Part shown: positions 60,253-64,000 of the stretch, piece after piece
How the letters are laid out: each line of letters begins with the position of its first letter
How positions within the stretch are numbered: the first letter of the stretch is position 1
NCBI GenBank assembly: GCA_965217585.1
Contig: OZ244561.1
Location: 3,904,001-3,968,000 of the forward strand
DNA: 64,000 bases
Direction: 5' to 3'
Origin: Candidatus Latescibacterota bacterium
GTDB taxonomy: Bacteria > Latescibacterota > UBA2968 > UBA8231
The notes under the pieces: model-generated
Databases searched by the model: none
What the model was told of the DNA's origin: nothing
What the model saw: the letters and a program-made list of their open reading frames with translations, nothing else
Program-made: the position numbers and the translations under genes

Positions 60253-61374
60253 TTGAACGCATGGCACAGGACAAGCGTACTATTGTTGGCGGCAGCTTTG
60301 GGGGCTTGCAGTGTGCAAGTGGGCGGGCAAGACGAGGGCGACAGCTCAGATCCAGCCGCCCAAGCCGACAGCACGGCCGCCGATAGCCTATCCAAGCTCA
60401 TAGAAGCAGTGCCCGTCGAAGTCGTCCTCGCACACACGGGCGAAATTTCCGCGCATCTGCGCTTCAACTCAACCATCGAAACCGAGGCAGCCGTCGAGAT
60501 TTACCCCCAAATCAGCGGCCTCATCAAACAGCTTAGAGTCGAGGAGGGCGAGCGCGTCGAAATGGGCGACACCCTCCTCCGCATCGAGGACAAGCAGTTG
60601 CGCATCGCCGCGGAGGAAGCCCAAGCCAACTACCACTATCAGCAGACCGGCTTCAAGCGCACCGAGGCCATGTTTGAGCGCAACCTCATCAGCGACCAAG
60701 AATTCGAAACCACCAAATACAACTTTGAACAATCCCGCCTTCGGCTAGAGCGCGCTCGCCTAGAGTTGGAATACGCAGAAGTCATCGCGCCGTTTTCCGG
60801 CGTGATCACCGAGCGCTACGTGCAAGTCGGCGCTCGGGTGGGGCCGAGTAGCAAGCTCTACGACCTAATCAAGCTCGACGACCTGATCGCCCGCGTCTTT
60901 GCACCCGGCCAGTACCTCACCACCGTCGGCAACGGCCAGCAGGCCCTCATCACCTCGGATTTTTTGCCCGACAAGCAGTTCCACGGCTGGGTCAAGCGCA
61001 TCAGCCCCGTAGTCGATCCGAGGAGCGGCACCTTCAAGGTCACGGTGGGCTTGCGCGACCGCTGGCAGTACTTGCGGCCCGGCCTCTTCGTCAACGTGCG
61101 CATCGTCACTGCCACGCACACCGACGCCGTGTTAATACCCAAGCAGGCGATCGTGTACGACGGCGGCGACCGGTTCGTGTTCGCCGTCAAGGACACCACG
61201 GCCGCGCGGATCAAGTTGCAGCCTGGATTCGAGGACGCCGACTTTATCGAGGCACTCGCCGACATCGACTCCGGCACCCCGATCATCGTCGTCGGGCAAA
61301 ACGGCCTCAAGGACAGCACGCGGGTGCGCGTGATCAACTCAGCCGACGACACGGGTGACACGGGCCAAGGCTAG
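60253..61374 (+). CDS. RND efflux periplasmic adaptor (lipoprotein)
   Basis: Lipobox LGAC; V.EG..V..GD.L, APFSG, ISP.VD, LRPG, IP..A; start uncertain (60202 or TTG 60253). Confidence 0.9.
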   Translation: MNAWHRTSVLLLAAALGACSVQVGGQDEGDSSDPAAQADSTAADSLSKLIEAVPVEVVLAHTGEISAHLRFNSTIETEAAVEIYPQISGLIKQLRVEEGERVEMGDTLLRIEDKQLRIAAEEAQANYHYQQTGFKRTEAMFERNLISDQEFETTKYNFEQSRLRLERARLELEYAEVIAPFSGVITERYVQVGARVGPSSKLYDLIKLDDLIARVFAPGQYLTTVGNGQQALITSDFLPDKQFHGWVKRISPVVDPRSGTFKVTVGLRDRWQYLRPGLFVNVRIVTATHTDAVLIPKQAIVYDGGDRFVFAVKDTTAARIKLQPGFEDADFIEALADIDSGTPIIVVGQNGLKDSTRVRVINSADDTGDTGQG

Positions 61375-61378
61375 GCCC

Positions 61379-64000
61379 GTGCAGCAGCCTATTAGCACAT
61401 CTCGCTTCGCTATTGCAACCCGGCGGCCAGTCGCCATTCTCATGGTGGTGCTGGCCGTCTGCGTTTTCGGCTGGGTCTCCTATCAGCGGCTCTCGCTGAA
61501 CCTGATGCCCGACATTTCCTACCCAACCCTGACGGTACGCACCGAATATCCGGGCACGGCACCGGAGGAAGTCGAGACCCTGCTCTCCCGCCCTTTGGAG
61601 CAGGAACTGGGCATTGTGCCTCATCTCGTCAACATCAGTTCAATCTCCAAGGCCGGGCAGTCGGACATCATCCTCGAATTTGAATGGGACACCGACATGA
61701 ACGCGATGTCCCAAGAGATCCGCGAGAAGGCCGACCGCGTCTGGTTGCCCCAAGACGCCGAGAAACCCCTCCTGCTGCGCTACGATCCTTCCCTAGACCC
61801 GATCATGCGCATCGGCCTGCACGGCCCGCAGGACCTCTACGCGCTGCGCTACCTCGCCGAACACGAAATCAAGCGCGAGCTAGAGGCGCTGGCCGGAGTG
61901 GCGGCGGTCAAGATCAAGGGTGGCTTGGAGGAGGAGATCCACGTCGCGCTCAACGAGCGCCAGATCTCGGTGATGGGCTTGGACATCAACCAGATAAACA
62001 ACCGCCTAGCCCAGAACAACGTCAATTTGCCCGGCGGCAACTTGCGCGAGGGCCAAGTCGAATATCTGATCCGCACGCTCAACGAGTTCGCCACAGTCGA
62101 TGAGATCGCCGAGTTGATCGTGGCGCGGCAGGGCGACGCCGATGTTTATCTGCGCGATATCGCCGAGGTCGTCCGCTCGCACAAGGACCGCGAGATCATC
62201 ACCCGGGTCAACGGCAAAGAGAGCGTCGAGATCGAGATCTACAAGGAAGGCGACGCCAATATCGTCGCCGTCGCCGAAAGGGTTCGCAATACGCTCTTCG
62301 GCTTGCCACAGCAGCGCGAGTACGTGGAGCGGAAGACCCGAGAAGCCCAAGAAATGGCGCAGCGTAGCGAGGCGCAAAAAAAGCAAGAGAGAGAAGAGGC
62401 GCGAAAAAAACAAGAGGCTGAAAAAGCCGCTGCAAAAAAGACCAAGGAGGAGCAACAAAAGGAGGAACTACAGGCGAAGAAGCAGGAGGCGGCCCGCAAG
62501 GCGATGGAGCATTTGCGGATGACCGACTTCATCAGCCACCGCCTGCCCCCGGGAGCCAAGCTGGAGCTGTTGTCCGACCAGTCGGGTTTTATCAAAAATT
62601 CGATCACCGAGGTCCAACTCAATGCGATCATCGGCGGAACGATGGCAGTGCTAGTGCTCTTTGTGTTCTTGCGCAACGTGGTCCACACGCTGATCGTCGG
62701 CCTGACGATTCCGGTGTCGATCATGGCGACCTTTGCGCCGATGTACATGTTCGACGTGTCGCTCAATATCATGTCGCTCGGCGGGTTGGCCCTCGGGATC
62801 GGGATGCTGGTCGATAACTCGATCGTGGTGCTGGAGAGTATCTTCCGCTGTCGAGAGGAAGGCGACGATCTGGTCCAGGCCACCGTCCGCGGCACTCGCG
62901 AGGTCGGCACCGCGGTGTTCGCCTCGACGCTGACGACGATCACGGTGTTTTTTCCCATCGTCTTCGTCGAGGGCGTGGCCGGGCAGATCTTCGGCGATAT
63001 GGCGCTGACGGTCGTATTCTCGCTGTTGGCCTCGTTGGGGGTGGCGCTGTTTTTCATTCCCATGCTAGCCTCGCGCCAAATCGACCGCCAAGGTGGGCTA
63101 GCCGAGCAGATCGATCGCAGCGACTTTCTGCGCCTACAGGCCCTAAGCCGGGCCCGCGCGATATTCGGCGAGTCGGGAAGCCGGTGGCACAAGGCGGCGC
63201 AGGTAGCCCTCTCGCTGCCCTACTTAATCGGCGAGGTGCTGTTGAAGGTGGGGCTGGCCGCGGCAACCCTTGTGGCAGCGGTGCTCAAAGGAGCCTTCCT
63301 CCTCGTCGCCGAGCTGTTATGGTGGCTGATCAAACCCATCGAGTACTTCTGGCTCAAGCGCGAGCGGACCTTTCAGGGCTGGGTTGGTGCTTGGGCCGCG
63401 GAAAGCCGCATTGGCAAGTGGACCTTCTTCGAGCGCGTCTGGCCGGGCATCCTCGGCTTTGAGTCGCCGCGCAGCCTCGGCGAGACCGTGCAGCGCTCCT
63501 GGCACTGGATGAACAGGTCCGAACACCTCGTGTGGAAGGCACTCAAATTCTTGTCGCTACCGCTGGCGCTGGTCTATCTGGCAGTAGTGCGCTTCGTCTT
63601 TGGCACGGTGCTCAGGCTGGTAGGCATCGTCCTCCATGTGGCTCTGATGCTCGTCGGGCTGGTGCTGGTGCTGGTGCTGGTGCTGCTAGGCATCCTGCTG
63701 ATGCCGGTCTTTTTGCCGTTGCTCTTTGTGTTTGAACGCGGCTTCGGGCTGGTGCAGCAGACCTATCCGGCCCTGTTGGGCTGGGCGCTCAGGCAGCGCT
63801 TGCTGATTATCGGCGGTGCCCTAGCCGCCCTGTTGGTCTGCTGGTACAAGCTCCTGCCCGAGCTGGGCACCGAGCTGATTCCCCAGGTCCACCAAGCTGA
63901 ATTCAACCTCGACCTCAGACTGCCGGTGGGTACGCCGCTGGAAGGGACCGCCGAGATCGTGCGCCAGATCGAAGAGATCACCGCCAAACAGCCCCAAGTC
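61379..64000 (+). CDS. AcrB/AcrD/AcrF-family RND permease (3'-partial)
   Basis: RRPVA, P...YP, YPG..PEEVE, N.MSLGGLALG.GMLVDNSIVVLE, ASTLTT..VF.P; runs off window so absent from ORF track. Confidence 0.93.
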   Translation, partial: MQQPISTSRFAIATRRPVAILMVVLAVCVFGWVSYQRLSLNLMPDISYPTLTVRTEYPGTAPEEVETLLSRPLEQELGIVPHLVNISSISKAGQSDIILEFEWDTDMNAMSQEIREKADRVWLPQDAEKPLLLRYDPSLDPIMRIGLHGPQDLYALRYLAEHEIKRELEALAGVAAVKIKGGLEEEIHVALNERQISVMGLDINQINNRLAQNNVNLPGGNLREGQVEYLIRTLNEFATVDEIAELIVARQGDADVYLRDIAEVVRSHKDREIITRVNGKESVEIEIYKEGDANIVAVAERVRNTLFGLPQQREYVERKTREAQEMAQRSEAQKKQEREEARKKQEAEKAAAKKTKEEQQKEELQAKKQEAARKAMEHLRMTDFISHRLPPGAKLELLSDQSGFIKNSITEVQLNAIIGGTMAVLVLFVFLRNVVHTLIVGLTIPVSIMATFAPMYMFDVSLNIMSLGGLALGIGMLVDNSIVVLESIFRCREEGDDLVQATVRGTREVGTAVFASTLTTITVFFPIVFVEGVAGQIFGDMALTVVFSLLASLGVALFFIPMLASRQIDRQGGLAEQIDRSDFLRLQALSRARAIFGESGSRWHKAAQVALSLPYLIGEVLLKVGLAAATLVAAVLKGAFLLVAELLWWLIKPIEYFWLKRERTFQGWVGAWAAESRIGKWTFFERVWPGILGFESPRSLGETVQRSWHWMNRSEHLVWKALKFLSLPLALVYLAVVRFVFGTVLRLVGIVLHVALMLVGLVLVLVLVLLGILLMPVFLPLLFVFERGFGLVQQTYPALLGWALRQRLLIIGGALAALLVCWYKLLPELGTELIPQVHQAEFNLDLRLPVGTPLEGTAEIVRQIEEITAKQPQV

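Noticed and set aside
63658-63685. (CTGGTG)n tract as phase-variation switch
   Set aside because: Hexamer unit keeps frame and encodes Leu-Val in a hydrophobic helix

Overview
GC-rich bacterial chromosomal segment with about 55 genes. I see no rRNA, tRNA, integrase, transposase or cas gene. Housekeeping genes include moaC, icd, lipB, groEL (with CIRCE), purM, mqnB-mqnD, hisS, a sirohaem dehydrogenase and an RND pump. These are interleaved with sugar-acid catabolic genes, dgcN-dgcA, two PhyH-like Fe/2OG enzymes, a family of large secreted proteins ending in an FlgD-Ig-like 'PNGDG..WDGR..PG.Y' domain, and a double YWTD-propeller protein. This gene mix resembles Latescibacterota/Poribacteria-type marine (sponge-associated) genomes; that is inference only. 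Four things stand out. (1) A lower-GC, translationally coupled two-gene cassette (20459-24849) encodes a SAMD9/Avs-like protein (degenerate SIR2 fold - STAND NTPase - helical repeats - OB fold) plus a separate HEPN-motif protein, a candidate new anti-phage system. (2) A solitary type I-C-like CRISPR repeat (36627-36657) sits at the head of a structured leader with small ORFs, a terminator/antiterminator switch and a 30-aa membrane peptide. (3) Twin GTAC-N8-GTAC-N8-GTAC arrays lie upstream of a Phd/RelE module. (4) A PhyH-family enzyme has the halogenase-type HxG motif. Several genes are eroded by internal deletions. All family assignments come from motif recognition by eye; no searches were run.
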